From Octopus vulgaris (Eukaryota), in the NCBI GenBank assembly GCA_951406725.2, contig OX597834.1:18724001-18788000 (forward strand): 64,000 nucleotides of DNA, written 5' to 3'. The notes below the pieces were generated by a model. It was not told where the DNA came from. It ran no database searches and saw only the letters and a program-made list of their open reading frames with translations. This document shows, piece by piece, positions 51,188 through 64,000 of the stretch. Both the position numbers and the translations under genes were made by a program. How positions within the stretch are numbered: the stretch's first letter is position 1; each line of letters starts with the position of its first letter.

Positions 51188-53269
51188 CATCCCTGTCTAT
51201 CAATATCTATCTGTCTGTCTATCTATCTATCTACCTATCTATCTACCTATCCATCTATCTGTCTGTCTAAAATGTTCAGTCGCTGATTCATTTTTTTCCA
51301 GTATGTGTTGCACTTGTTGACCATCCCTACAAGACTTGACAGTCCTTTTTCCCCCCCAGACCTTGTCACCCACTGAAACCCACTATCTATATTTCCCAAC
51401 TAACTTATTCATCCACTAACCTGCAGTGGAGTCCCTACGAGGTCGGCCAAACTGTTAGAAATAGCAGTCAAATCATCATCGAACCACACCTGCCTAAATA
51501 AACAACTGCCGTCTTAAGAAAAAAAATGATGCATTCGATGAAGTAGTCCGGTGGGGGGACACTATGTCTTAAAAAAGATGAGATGGTCATGGTTGGAATG
51601 CTATTAAAACAACCACTAACCTGCAAAATCAAACAGTGAATGCACCTGATTGTCCATCTAAGCCACCCAGTCAGAGAAGGATTGAGTAAGAGATGCACTC
51701 CACTTCAGCTAAACTTATAAAAATCTACCTTCCCGTCTATTTCTCACTTTCTATCTATCTGTCGGCCACTTCCCACCTTATATTTCCAGTTACTTTTTCT
51801 TATTCTTCCTCTTCTACAATCACTTTCTTTTACTGTCTCCCTCTTCTCTACAAGTATATTCTTTTTCCGTGGTTTCTATCGCCTTTACTCTTCCTTTCTT
51901 TTTACTCTCTCTCTCCCTATATATATATATGTGTATCTTTCTAGCCACTTTCACCTTACATTTCCTATTCCTCTTTTTCCTCCTCTCCTAACATCGCATT
52001 CTCCCTTTCAATGTCTCTTCTCAAAAACTCTATTCTCTTTCTCTCTCCATTTCATCCCCCGATCTCTTTTATACTCATTAAAAAAAAATTTCTCACCCTT
52101 TTCCTCCTTACCTTCACAACAAACACCAATATTTGAAAACATGGTGAATATTTTTTTGCATTATTATTACTATTACTGTTGCATAGTTTACCGTGGACAG
52201 TAGAATTACTATATTCTACTTTCATTATTTCAATTTTTTTTTTATTATTTGTTGCAATTGTTAGCATCTTAATTCGCACAGCAAGGCATAAATGCCACAA
52301 TTTCACTATGTTCCCCGTTTAACAAACCCAAGACACGTGTTAGTTTATTTAACTATAAGAAAGTAATATAAATTAACACCCGTGGCAAGAAATTATTCCA
52401 AAGAAAAAAATTAAAAATTAACCCCTTACAAAACTACTATATATAAAATTTAATATAATACATATATATTAACCACTTCCATTGCGGTATGGGCGTCATT
52501 AATGTCTCATGCTGCACCTTTATATATCATATATAATAATAAAACCACGCTTTTTTAATAGCCATTTAAGAAACCTTAGCAATTTACCTCTACTTGTTTA
52601 AGGTTTCATTCATATCCTCCGAGTCGTCATTATTATTATTATTATTATTTATTTATTATTTAATTATTACCTTCGTTGACGTTTAATTATTGTTGTTAAA
52701 TATAATATAACCTGTCTATACGTATGTTTATGTCTATGTAGTAGAAATATTAAGGGTGAGATAGTTGTTGGTCGGTGCGCTCAGCTGTCGGCTGCACTTT
52801 TCTCTATTCCTAAGCAAACGTCGTGTGTTTGTTTGTTTGCAGACGATACTTTCAATTCGAAAACCTTCGCCTTTCTCTCTCTCAAAAATTCCACTAATTC
52901 AATAAACCATTCTTCTTACTACTAGTATTACTAATTCTTTTGCAAGATTAACGCAGAAATTATACTGGTATACACTTTATTTACACGCAGACGACACGCC
53001 GACACGCACAAAAAGAAAATCAGTGAAACCTATCTTATATGGATACTGTGTACAGTCTTCAAACTAACTTGGATTTTACCTAAGAAGAGACATTATTTAT
53101 ACATATATATATGTTTATGTGTCATTTTTTGTCCATGAGTTCTTTATGTCCATGGCTAGTCGACAGAAGAGGAGTCCAGGATTGGTAAATTCTGTTGAGG
53201 ACACAGTTAAGGTAGGTGGAAACAACAAAATTCTTTTTCTTCATTATTATTATTTATTACTGGATAATG

Positions 53270-53315
<46 letters not shown>

Positions 53316-56300
53316 TTTACACCCTCCCATTTCTTTTGTCACACATCGTCTTCTTTACTTTGTCGTTCATTCTTTCAATTTTTTAATTCTATTTTCTACA
53401 ATTGAATGATCTGTGTCCTAGGTGTTTACATGGTTGATTGAAATATTCTGTTTTGATACACATGCTCCCATGTACGTGTACACACTCACACACACACACA
53501 CATTTGCCGAGAACGTTATATTTCTATATCCTTTTTTGAATGAGGCCTCAGCTGGCAAACACTACGCGATTTCAATTCAAGACCTCTTAGCTCAACATGT
53601 GGTTTGTGGACCAGTGCTCCGCTGGGTTCTCCACCCACTTGCTCTTTGTTCCACTAATATAATGTATAAATGCAATAACATCGTCAAATTTCTTGTTCCT
53701 TACCGAACTCGTATAATGTTTAAAAATGAAGTCCACAAAAATTTGTTTAAATATGAAGTTGGATAAGTAAGCATCCGACTTGGAGTTTGTCAGTCCTCTA
53801 GAGACCTAACAAAATGGCCTTCAGGTTTTGTGGCCTTCAATGGTAAAATTTAAACAAGAATATAACGTAATTTTAAAAACTTAAAATAATAAATTTCATT
53901 TAGTGGTAAATTGATAGAGATTGTATATTCCGGATCTTGTGCGTTAAGTTCAGATCTCACCGCGGTTAACTTAGTCTTTCATCCTTTCGAGGACGATGTA
54001 TACACAAGTTATACTAGTCCAAGACGGTGAAATAGAGCGTCGGACAAGATGCCATGCAATATCTATACAGGTTCTTTCCAGTCAAACAATTCTGCAACGA
54101 CACGGATGCTTGGAGTTGGGATAAGATCAATAGAGAGTGGTGTAGCCTGGGTTTTGGCCTTCCCGTGTAGAAGCCAAATTAGCCAACCCCTTCGTTACCT
54201 TTGCCTGTCCCAAACATTTACACAAGTTTGTCCTACAAGTCTATGCTTGTTTTCAAACTTTTATTTAGCCCTCGTTTCATATGTTCTGAGTAATATAAAG
54301 CTTTCTTTTCCCAAGTCCCTTGTTGCTTTGGTGGTTAAAAAAAATGGGAGAATGTTTCACATATGATGCATAGATGCTAAGGAAATATGTCCTGTGTTTT
54401 ACATGTGTTAGACAGGACATCCTTGGTCTTCCTGTGTACATAAAGTGGCTACCGCCTGCTGGTCTGTACACCCCACGCTACACCATTTGATATCATTTAA
54501 TGCTGGTATGATGGAACCGAAGGAATAAGCTTACTTTAAGACATTTCTTGACAATATCCATGGCTGCTCAATTCGTGAACTTTAGAAAGGAGCCTATAAA
54601 CTACGGATTACATACATATATACATACAAATATTGTGAAGTAGAACCTTTTCTAACAGACTACATCGTTATATTTTAAATCGCTATTTGTGAAGAATAGC
54701 GTCGTTGGTTACAGGTTTCTAACAGACCAAGCACCGACTGCATTTCTGACGGTGAGAATGACAAAGCAATAACTAAATTGATGCCGAAGAATTAGCTCAT
54801 GGTACTTTATCTGTAAATTAACGATTTTATTTTTCCTTTTTTATTTTCTTCGTCAACATACAGTAGCCATTATATATATATATATATATATATATATAGA
54901 TATATATATACATACACACAAATGATAATGTTAAACTGTTGCCCTGTTTAATACCCCCACTCACTACTTAGTTCTCGAGGGCCTTAATCGGAGCCCACTC
55001 TTGATGCGAGCATTGGTGTCAGATCTCCCTCATGTTCTGTAAAGGGTCATGGACATTGTCGTTTCTTTCCGACTAAAATGTAAAACAGACGCACAGACAC
55101 ACATACATAAACACTACAGGCTTCTGTACAATTTCCATCTAACTCCACTCGTACCGAAGTTATGAAAGAAATATGCTTACCGAAATGCGACGTTGTGGGA
55201 TCGAACCGGTAATCCGTAATCGAAGTTCATAACACAGATATGCCCTTGCTCACATTTGAAATAGTTTTTTTTTTTTTTTCAATAAACATTTCATTTACTT
55301 TCTTCTTTTTTAATTAGAGACATTGATTAATAGATAATATAAAGCACAAGTCAAGAAATACTGGGTCGATTTTAATATTCCAGTAAAGCATCTTAGATGT
55401 GAAAGAAATAATATAATAGAAGACTGTTGTCTGCTAATAGAAATTGTCCAGCATAATAGAAATATGGTAATATGTTGTAAACAATAAGAAAAAGAAGACA
55501 TTAAAAGTTAATAACTTGCAAAAACGTAGGAAGCTTGGAGATGAAATTGCAGTCATGTTTTATATTATGTAAGTGAAGTATTTATTATTATGTAATTATT
55601 ATGACGGGCTAAACAAAGTTGGTAGTGGTTATTAACATTGTAAATTTGTCGAGGAACCACAAAAGACTAATAAAGTTATAGAAGAACTTTTAAAACATTA
55701 TTATCTTTCTAATATTACTTGGTGGGATAAATTGTCTGAATTGTTAATAAGATTATAATTTTCTGGCCAATTAAATTTAACTTTGGAGAACATACGCGAT
55801 AAAGATGAGGTTAATAGCACGGAAATTTATAATCTTTATTGAAAAGAGGGATTTCCAAAACGGCCAAACTATCATTAGTTCCGAGATGTCCGTATGTCTC
55901 GTAAGACAATGGCTTTGCTCTGCAATGCTAAGGCCTTGAAGGCTATCACTTGGCTGTTAGTGCATGCAGTCTCTTCTAGTGGACTTGCTCGAGTGTGTCT
56001 TCTGTGACGGCCCTTGAGCTTGCAATTAGTTTTACTCCGGCCACAAGGGCCAAACAGAGGGGACAATACAAAAGTGAATACAGGGTCGGGGAGCGAATGC
56101 AATTACATAGAGATGACATTAAAAATTTATGGAAATAGAGCTTGCAATCCGCCCTCCCTCATTCTATACAGATTTATACTGTCTAAAAGCACCGCCCCCA
56201 TTAAAGCATTCGTCCTGAGCGGACCGCCCTCACCCTCTAGCTATGGTACCGATGTTGTCAGAATATTCTGACACGGTAATCCTTCGGCATTAGTACACAA

Positions 56301-57720
56301 CATCATTCACCCACACAACATTCCCTCGTGACATAGATACAGAGAGGCTAAGGTGAAAAAGGGAGTGAACGACGTATCCTCATACCGACACCGTAGACCG
56401 ATACCGAAGGAACTGCCTCCTGGTACAGCTCGACATCAGTGTCGTCGCAGACGTTGCTGTCAGAATGGAAAGAGCCGGAACATGTACAACGAATCATCTC
56501 GTCCGGTGCATTACTTTATAAATCTATCAGCTTGGACAAGTACTTTTATTCATAGATCGCAAAAGAATAAGACGAAGTCGACCTCGGTGGAATATGAACT
56601 CCGAACGCGAAGATCTGAAGCAAATTTTCTCTATTAATTCACCGTATCAGTTTGAAAATGCAATAAAATATACCTGAATAGTCAAGAGAACAACTAAGTC
56701 CATTTTACCTGTCTCCATCCAAAAACACGTGCACTTAAAAGAATATTATTGGTTCAGCTTCTAAACTGCTTTCGAAAAGGAATCCTTTTGAGAGAGATAA
56801 ACTCAGACAAAACTTCGAAATATAATAAATCAGAAAATAGCTTTTGTTTTCTCTACCATTCCTTCTTTCCTACTTTATTTTACTCCACATCTTTGTGACA
56901 GCAGACATAAATTAAGTTTAAATGTCATAAGAATATTGAACTTCAATTGTTTTATAATACACATACATATATAAACACACATTTACTAAATCTATCCGCT
57001 GGCATTTGTTATTAACATCTATATTGCTCGCGCACTTCCTAATCACCTGCATTTTCGTGTCGTGTAATATTTCACTACAAAGATGGGGACACCTGCTCTT
57101 TACCGATATTGGTTTGGTTTGGATTGGTTCTTAGTTTATTACTTTTGTGTTAATGATGCTTGGTTCTTTTTCGTCTTGCTTTCCCAAAAAGCAGCAGAGT
57201 GAAAATTGAAAGAGATTTCAATTCAGTAAGGCGCGGAATCAAATAGGCTCTCTTCGTTAAACCACACTTTTTTGGTGGGGAAGATAACATTTTGTCACCT
57301 TTTGAAAGCAATGACACACATATTATAATCAATCTATTGACAATAAGACAATGTTTATCTCAGCCTCAGAACATTTTCTAAATGCTATATATTGTACACA
57401 ATCACACGAGTTGTCTCCTTGCATGTGCGTATAAAATCTGAAATATACTACATATAATAAACTAAATATAAGTTGATTTACTTACAGTCTGTGAACCTTT
57501 AGAAATCATTATGTTGACAGTTATATGTTGGTATATTTATATTTTAAAAAACCCCGCGAAATGATGTAAGGAAAAACGTCACTTCCTCTGATTTGTAGGG
57601 GATTTCCTGCGACGTCAGTTAATATTTTCGATTTCTTGGCACACGTGACTTCAAGCAATATCACCTATTTTCTTAAGATAGCATAAAATTTGTTTCTCTG
57701 CAAATTTTGACAGCCAGTTT

Positions 57721-58012
57721 GGCGATCTTTCGTCTCTAGTAGACCTTTCCGTCGATTTCCGTAAAAACCTTTTTTTTTTTTTTTTACATATGGGCTTGCG
57801 GGAACTTTTGAAGTAATGATAGCGAAAGAAACTAAGAGAAAGCGATTGTATGACGAGGGAAGTTCTTTTGAAGTTACCCTGCATGGGAAGCATTGATGTA
57901 CATGTGTGTGTGTGTGTGTGAACTTCAAAAGTTCCCGCAAGCCCATATGTAAAAAAAAGAAAAGTTTTTTACGGAAATCGACGGAAAGGTCTACTAGAGA
58001 CGAAAGATTGCC
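57721..58012. repeat. Inverted repeat with arms of about 95 bp and a spacer of about 105 bp
   Basis: 57721-57814 is nearly the reverse complement of 57922-58012. Confidence 0.85.
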
Positions 58013-58177
58013 GCCAGTTTTCTTATTTCTTTATAAATAGAAAGGACCGAAGGTGTAAAAAAAAAAAAATTAAATGAAAAAAATTAATCACTGCACGATT
58101 TGCATATTCCCTGCTGGCTGTGCATAGCTCCATCGATTATTCTGAGCAATCGTGCATGTTTTTTTTTCTACCTACCG

Positions 58178-58421
58178 CAGTGATTCTCAACCATTTATTT
58201 TGCCTATGGACCTTTTGATTTCCTATTTTACTCAGGGAGTGGGGGAATCCTCGTAGCCATTCGATGTCTAAAAATTCCTGTTATATTTTTATGATGAAAT
58301 ATTATTAGGAATTGTATTAAAAAAAAATGTTCAAATATATCGTGTAGTGTAAAAATAAATTTCTGTTTATTGCACATAGACTTTAGCAAAATCTTATTTG
58401 GAACCCGGTTGAGAAAAAATG
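58178..58421. mobile_element. Decayed hAT (Charlie-like) MITE
   Basis: CAGTGATTCTCAACC ... GGTTGAGAA ends. Confidence 0.5.
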
Positions 58422-58462
58422 GCTCAAAAATGTCTCCCGAGTTCTACATGTGAAGTTAAGCG

Positions 58463-58849
58463 GGATCTTTTCGGTTTGAACGGCAGTTTTTTCTAGCGGT
58501 GTCATATGAAATTGTCACCCATAATTATGACCCTAGTATCGATCTATTGCATTTCAATCTGTTTTAGGGTTAGGGGTGGGGGGAGGGTAATTTTTTTTTT
58601 CACAAATGTAAATAAACCCAATCTGTTTTTTAAACGAGGGGCATATTCATGCGGCACAGAATGTTTTTTTACCTCAATGGACGTCAGTGATTGGTTGAAA
58701 TTGTAAAAATTGAAGAAAAAAAACAACAAATATCTTACAAACTATAGAATTTTCTCAATAAAGCCAAAAGAATACCAGTATACGAAGTTTAAAATTTTTT
58801 AGTTACCTAGAAATTATGTTAAAAACTGCCGTTCAAACCGAAAAGATCC
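58463..58849. mobile_element. MITE with GG-starting TIRs of about 29 bp and 8-bp TSD (Merlin-like)
   Basis: Perfect TIR GGATCTTTTCGGTTTGAACGGCAGTTTTT; TSD GTTAAGCG at 58455-58462 and 58850-58857. Confidence 0.85.
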
Positions 58850-59039
58850 GTTAAGCGTTAATGCACAAATAACTTTTGTTCCTGAATGCAGGCTGCTGAA
58901 ATTGGGGTGCGTCAAATACACCCGTGCATCTTTTATGCCATCAAATATGGTAGTTTTTACTTATTGATTGTATATATACTTATTTCTACTCAAAATTATG
59001 ATGAAAAATATGGCCTGAGATGTATCTTCCCCAATCGTT

Positions 59040-59412
59040 AGACTGCTGCCATGCTTAGCTCTGCCTGAAAGTATTTTAGTCAACTGAATCGATCCCAGTA
59101 CTTATTTTTTAAAAATACTGGTACTTATTCTATCAATCTCGTTCACCGCTAAGTTATGGGGACATAAACACCAACACCGGTTGTCAAGCAGTGGTGGGGA
59201 ATAAATACTCATTCGCCCCTCACGACCACCACCACACATGCACATACACGCGATGGGCTACTCTCAGTTTCCATCTACCAAATCCACTCGCAAGGCTTTG
59301 GTTGGCTTGGAGCACAAAAGTACAGTACACTTGCCCAAGGTGCTCGGCAGTGGGGATGAACCCAGAACCAAGTGGTTGGGGAGCAAACTGCTTAACTACA
59401 CAGCCACACTTG
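59040..59412 (-). mobile_element. Diverged SINE family A copy
   Basis: Similarity to family A. Confidence 0.7.
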
Positions 59413-59980
59413 CAAAAATATTTGAATACGAACAAATATTAGAGAAAGGTAACTCAATAAGCACTGTCTAATGTTTGGAGACGTCCATGCATGCTTACGA
59501 CATCAACAGCAACGAAATTAGATATGAATTGTATCACTAGAATTTATATTCCAGTAAAAAAGAGGTAGACACTTTCCAAAATAGATTACACAGTTTACAA
59601 GCATTTTGGAAGTAAATTGTTCTCATGTTTAGAAGTATATATCAGAAATATCTTCTTTATATGCATAAATAATCTAATTTTTCTTACAAAACAATGGCTG
59701 GTTCAAATATATCCACAAACAACGAAGATAAACAAGAAACACCTGTGCATAGTTAATCATTACACCGTTAGTATAAAATGTCGTATAATTCTTGTAAGGA
59801 AAAGTGCATGAATCAATTTTTGTGTCTTTTTTTCAACTTTTTTTTTGAATTTTTAACTCAAAGGAGTTTGTAAACCATTTTTATTTGTAATTTTTTTCTA
59901 GGTTGTTAAGTCTGCATTTCCATTTCTATCTTCATTTGACATTCATAGTCCATGGCAGCTTGAGTTAGACAAAGAGTATC

Positions 59981-60053
59981 TGTGCAATGCTGAGCTTGAA
60001 CCCATGACTCAGAAATTAAGAGTCTTGTGCACTACCAACTGACCAAGCCTATC
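59981..60053 (-). pseudogene. tRNA-Lys(CTT)-derived pseudogene
   Basis: 73 nt collinear with the eukaryotic tRNA-Lys(CTT) pattern (TCAGTTGGTAG, GACTCTTAAT, GGGTTCAAGC); acceptor stem does not pair. Confidence 0.7.
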
Positions 60054-60899
60054 AATATAAATGTAAAAACAAAACGAAAACCAAAGTATCAGTGGTGATG
60101 CGGGGCTTGTGGGGTCCGAGCTAAACCTGCCCCCACTCCATCCGTAATGTCTTCCGGTCTGTTCTTCATATTTTTGTATTTTTGTAAATTTTTAAATTCA
60201 TCTTTTTGTAATCTCATTCGAAAGTCTGACCCCACATCAGATTGTATTGTCCCCTCTATGTTCGCCCCTTGTGGGTAATAAAAAATCGAATATAAAGTGG
60301 CAGGCCTGGAATCAGAACTGGCTAACACTAGCATATTCATTTCTATGTATAAAATAGTTTGTTGACATGCAGTTTTATAGAAGAGATTTGCCAGGTAATT
60401 CTTGACAAATTACAGGAAGTTATCCAATATGAAGTCAATAGATTGATTACAAGAATTTTGCTCAAAATCTTGAAAGGGAAAAATTCATTGTCCACATGAT
60501 TTGTAGAACTTGTTTGCATGACTTTCTGTTACTTTCTATTACCCTGCTACTTCTGTTTTTTGTTTCATATTTACCTGTTCTGACAAGTCTGTATCAAGAC
60601 CAACATCTTCAAGGATATTAGGCTTTCATGAGTTGCCATTAGCTTGCGGAAGGCAATCCATGCTATAACGACTCCAAGCCTTCGAGGGTACACATTATTT
60701 AATTATAGATATCAGTTTCGAATTTTGGCACGAGGCCAGCAATTTTGAGGTTGGGGGAGGGGAGCAATTACACGAACTGCACTAATCAACTGGTTCTTAT
60801 TTTATCGACTCCAAAAGAGGTGAAAGGCAAGTTGACCTTGGCAGAATTTGAACTCAGAATGTAAAGGCAGATTAAATGCCTGAAGTACTCTTGATTCTG

Positions 60900-61578
60900 C
60901 CAGTTCACCACCTAACTTCATTATATACCTCATTAAGACTTCTGAAATCTGTGGCAAAATTATTTATTTTGGGTGGTTATCTTTCTTTCGACCACAAGGA
61001 TACATTTGTTTATCAAAGTTGGCTGTTTTATCAAGTTTAAAGCAGTGTTTTGCCCCCAACTTTTAAGTTATGGTATCTCCATAAGGCACTGAAACTTCTT
61101 GTTAAAGATCTGAATTTCTGAAGTAGTGCTGAAAATTATTAAACAAAAATGAAACATCTGCTTTGAATCACATCCGTTGGAAATTGTCTTCGTTAAGAAG
61201 AAATATCCCAAAGCAGTTAGTTTGATTCACATTATTCTGTTGTGAGTGAAGAACTAATGGCATTGGCAAATAACTAATGCTTTCCATAAAACAGAACAAT
61301 ATCCATGAAATTCAAGGAAAATTCTAAAGGGAATTAGTCGTTTACTGTAATTGGCTCCAATTCTGACGTTTGTTGTGGTTACTCTTTTACTTGTTTCAGT
61401 CATTTGACTGTGGCAATACTGGAGCACCACTTTTAGCCAAGCAAATCGACCCCAGGACTTATTCTTTTTAAGCTTAGTACTTTTGCCGAACTGCTAAGTT
61501 ACAGGGACGTAAACACACCAGCATCAGTTGTCAAGCGATGTTGGAGGGACAAACACAGACACACAAACATATACACAC

Positions 61579-61611
<33 letters not shown>

Positions 61612-62317
61612 CAACGGGCTTCTTTCAGTTTCTGTCTACCAGATCCACTCACAAGGCTTTGGTAGAAAACACTTGCCCAAAGTTCCATGCAATGGGACTG
61701 AACCCAGAACCATGTGGTTGGTAAGCAAGCTAGTGACAATTCCATCAGCCTTTCCATTGATATGTTGAATTTCTGCAACTGGCTTGTGCAACATACTTCA
61801 GTGTATGTGATGAGATATGTACTGCACAAACTAATTTCATCATTGGATACACTGTATTGAACTTCTCAAGTCAATCCAGCTGTACCCATAAACTTTTGTG
61901 CTTTTGTCCCTATTTTTCCCTTCAGTTATAAGTAATGTTTCTGAAAATATTGAATTTTAAAAGTTACTTTGTGTCTTTAGAAAGGATTTCCACATGCCCT
62001 GCTGTACTAGATTGTATTACTTCACCAATTCCCAAGAAAAGTATCCTTTCTTCTCTGCGCTTGTCTGTTATTTTCTGTTGCAAAAACTGATTATCCTTCT
62101 GCATTCTACCAGCTGAAGTATCACATCTGAAGGAGATAGCTTGAACTGAAGAGATTTGCTGTCAGAATTGATCTAGATCACATTGGATAATATTCTCTAG
62201 ATGTTCATTGTGAAAGCCAGGATTGGTGTATTGAAATTCAGAATCAGTAACATCATATGGAATAAATAATGACTTGATATGTTTGAAGTTTCTACCTTTC
62301 AGAAGCACGTGTGTGTG

Positions 62318-62353
<36 letters not shown>

Positions 62354-62367
62354 TTCTCTCTCTCCCA

Positions 62368-62411
<44 letters not shown>

Positions 62412-62830
62412 ATGTACCATACCTACAGGTGCTGACAGTCATGGATCTCCATGCCAAAGTCTGAAGTTTCATAATTTTTCATGGATTAAGTTACGTTAGT
62501 GATTTCCCATGGCCATTTGCTGGTTTATTTTCAGTTGACTCTGTTGGTTTTCTGCTTTGCTGGGCTTATCTCTGAGGCGTAAGACTCATTTATCTTTCAA
62601 ACAAGAAAACTGCTTCATGTGATATCATGGCATGTTCATACACTGATGTGTATGAACATACTTGTGTGACACATGCCTTGGGAGCAAACCTCCTCTGAGT
62701 CTTAGCCACTGGACCATTTTCTGCTGTTTGACTAATAACCAGGGCTCTTCAAAAGCATTTCACTCCCAAGCTAGAGCAAACCAGGAAATAGTGGTGACTA
62801 AGGGGTAACAATTTAATCCACAAAAAGTTT
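60900..62830 (-). pseudogene. Highly decayed hAT-like transposase (limits approximate)
   Basis: Fragments AISFRCDTS, LFLGIGE, HKSLWVQLD, LVCAVH (CxxH) and FKADVSFLFNNFQ, with many stops; interrupted by a SINE and a microsatellite. Confidence 0.5.
61382..61732 (-). mobile_element. SINE family A copy interrupting the hAT remnant
   Basis: Similarity to family A. Confidence 0.8.
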
Positions 62831-62849
62831 GAACTTTGTTCTGGAATTT

Positions 62850-64000
62850 CCCCACCAGATGCAGTTTAATGTCTTTTGTACAGACAAAAGCTACTATCCT
62901 CAATGACCAGCAGTTTGTGGAAAGTGTGTGTGTGTCTTAGCAACATTATACATATGATACATGCATCCACCAGTTTTATTCTGAAGTTGTTTGCATTGTT
63001 TAATTGCAACTCTATGCTGCAATGGATGTTGTTTCTGCAAGATTTTATTCTAGGTACCAACTTTCAATTTGATTTTGATGTACTCCTAAAAGAATGTGGT
63101 ACAAAGTTGTTTCAAAGTAGAAGGGGTGGGTACAGTGTACCAGTGATATTCCCTGGCCATTTAATGTTTTTGGTATTGTTGGCCTCACAATTCTGTAGAT
63201 GGAACAAAAAGAGTTGAGCACTGGTACTGGGGCCATATAAAAAGGACCCAGGATACTCTATGGGGTGATTAGCATTAGGAAGGGTATCCAGCCATAGAAA
63301 CAATGCTAGAGCATACAATAGAGCTTTGTGCAGCCCCTGGCCTTAGCAGCTTCAGTCAACTGTCCAACCCATGCCAGCATGGAAAACGGACATTAAATTA
63401 TAATGAGTGCTTTTTGTGTGGTACCAGAATGAGTTGGGTAGTTCACAAAGGGCTGAGATGTGATTTGCTTCTATTGCTTCAAATGTACCCCCTTGAGATG
63501 TTAGGCAAAGGTGATTAGTACAAATCTGAAATTTCTGGTCCGTCCATTGGCTGGTCATTACAGCAGATGTGTGGTAGTAGAGCCAGCACACTACCTTGGG
63601 GTAAGCCTTTCTGTTGTCAACACCAGTGACTTTGTTAACCAAGACAACAAAGATGCACCTATTTTTCAGGAGGGCTCCTGTGAGGTCTATAAGTGCCAGA
63701 TCTTTTGTCAACTCCAAAAGTTTTTCCAGAGGAGGAGGAAGTGGTTCACCATGTCATATGTAGCAGACAGATCAACAAAGACGGCTCCTGTTAACTGGCT
63801 TTTTCTTAAAAAAACTATTCCCAATATGTTGAATGAGATTGAGAATTTGACTTGTTATAGATTTTTCAGATCAGAATATAGCTTGTTGAAGAATGACAGA
63901 TGGTTTAACAGCATAGGAAAGCCTGATAAAGATCAGGCATTCAAACAGCTTATATGGTTGGCATAGCAGAAAGTTTGGACAAAAGTTCTGTTGCATATGC
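62850..64000 (-). mobile_element. Decayed non-LTR retrotransposon reverse transcriptase (Ingi/Vingi-like), split by a family C SINE
   Basis: LLCQPYKLFECLI, SQILNLIQHI, TGAVFVDLSATYDMVNH, GLPQGSVLA and CNDQP motifs in shifting frames. Confidence 0.85.

Noticed and set aside
54280-54380. Weak resemblance to a Gypsy RT motif (SLVALVVKKNG)
   Set aside because: Too short and degenerate; no other RT motifs found nearby.
59981-60053. Functional tRNA-Lys gene
   Set aside because: The acceptor stem cannot pair and other stems are disrupted; called a pseudogene. The tRNA-like SINE heads were also not called tRNAs.
63511-63966. 151-aa plus-strand ORF
   Set aside because: It is the antisense shadow of the decayed minus-strand LINE reverse transcriptase.

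Overview
This is eukaryotic, AT-rich, microsatellite-saturated animal DNA. The SINE/MITE families and the (TA/CA)n load point to an octopus (cephalopod) genome, which is an inference. The one well-supported gene is an atypical E2F repressor (E2F7/8 family) on the minus strand. I assembled 10 coding exons by hand from 11243 down to 61, all with GT-AG boundaries and consistent phases. They encode two E2F DNA-binding domains, and the gene runs off the left edge of the window. A probable 5' non-coding exon and a CCAAT/E2F-site promoter lie at about 14.7-15.6 kb. The rest is mostly repeats: three abundant SINE families, piggyBac-, hAT-, Merlin- and Tc1/mariner-type MITEs, decayed mariner, Tc1 and hAT transposases, CR1, RTE and Vingi LINE remnants, and a tRNA-Lys pseudogene. 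Most ORFs in the supplied track are microsatellite or SINE artefacts. The least obvious signals are: (i) four minimal type-I hammerhead-ribozyme motifs in short unique islands inside (TA)n arrays, one with an intact core; (ii) LINE 3' ends that match the tails of two local SINE families; (iii) MITEs nested in copies of their own family; (iv) a cluster of E2F sites around the E2F7/8 promoter. I found no evidence of a wholly new multi-gene system. Repeat boundaries are approximate and no database searches were run.
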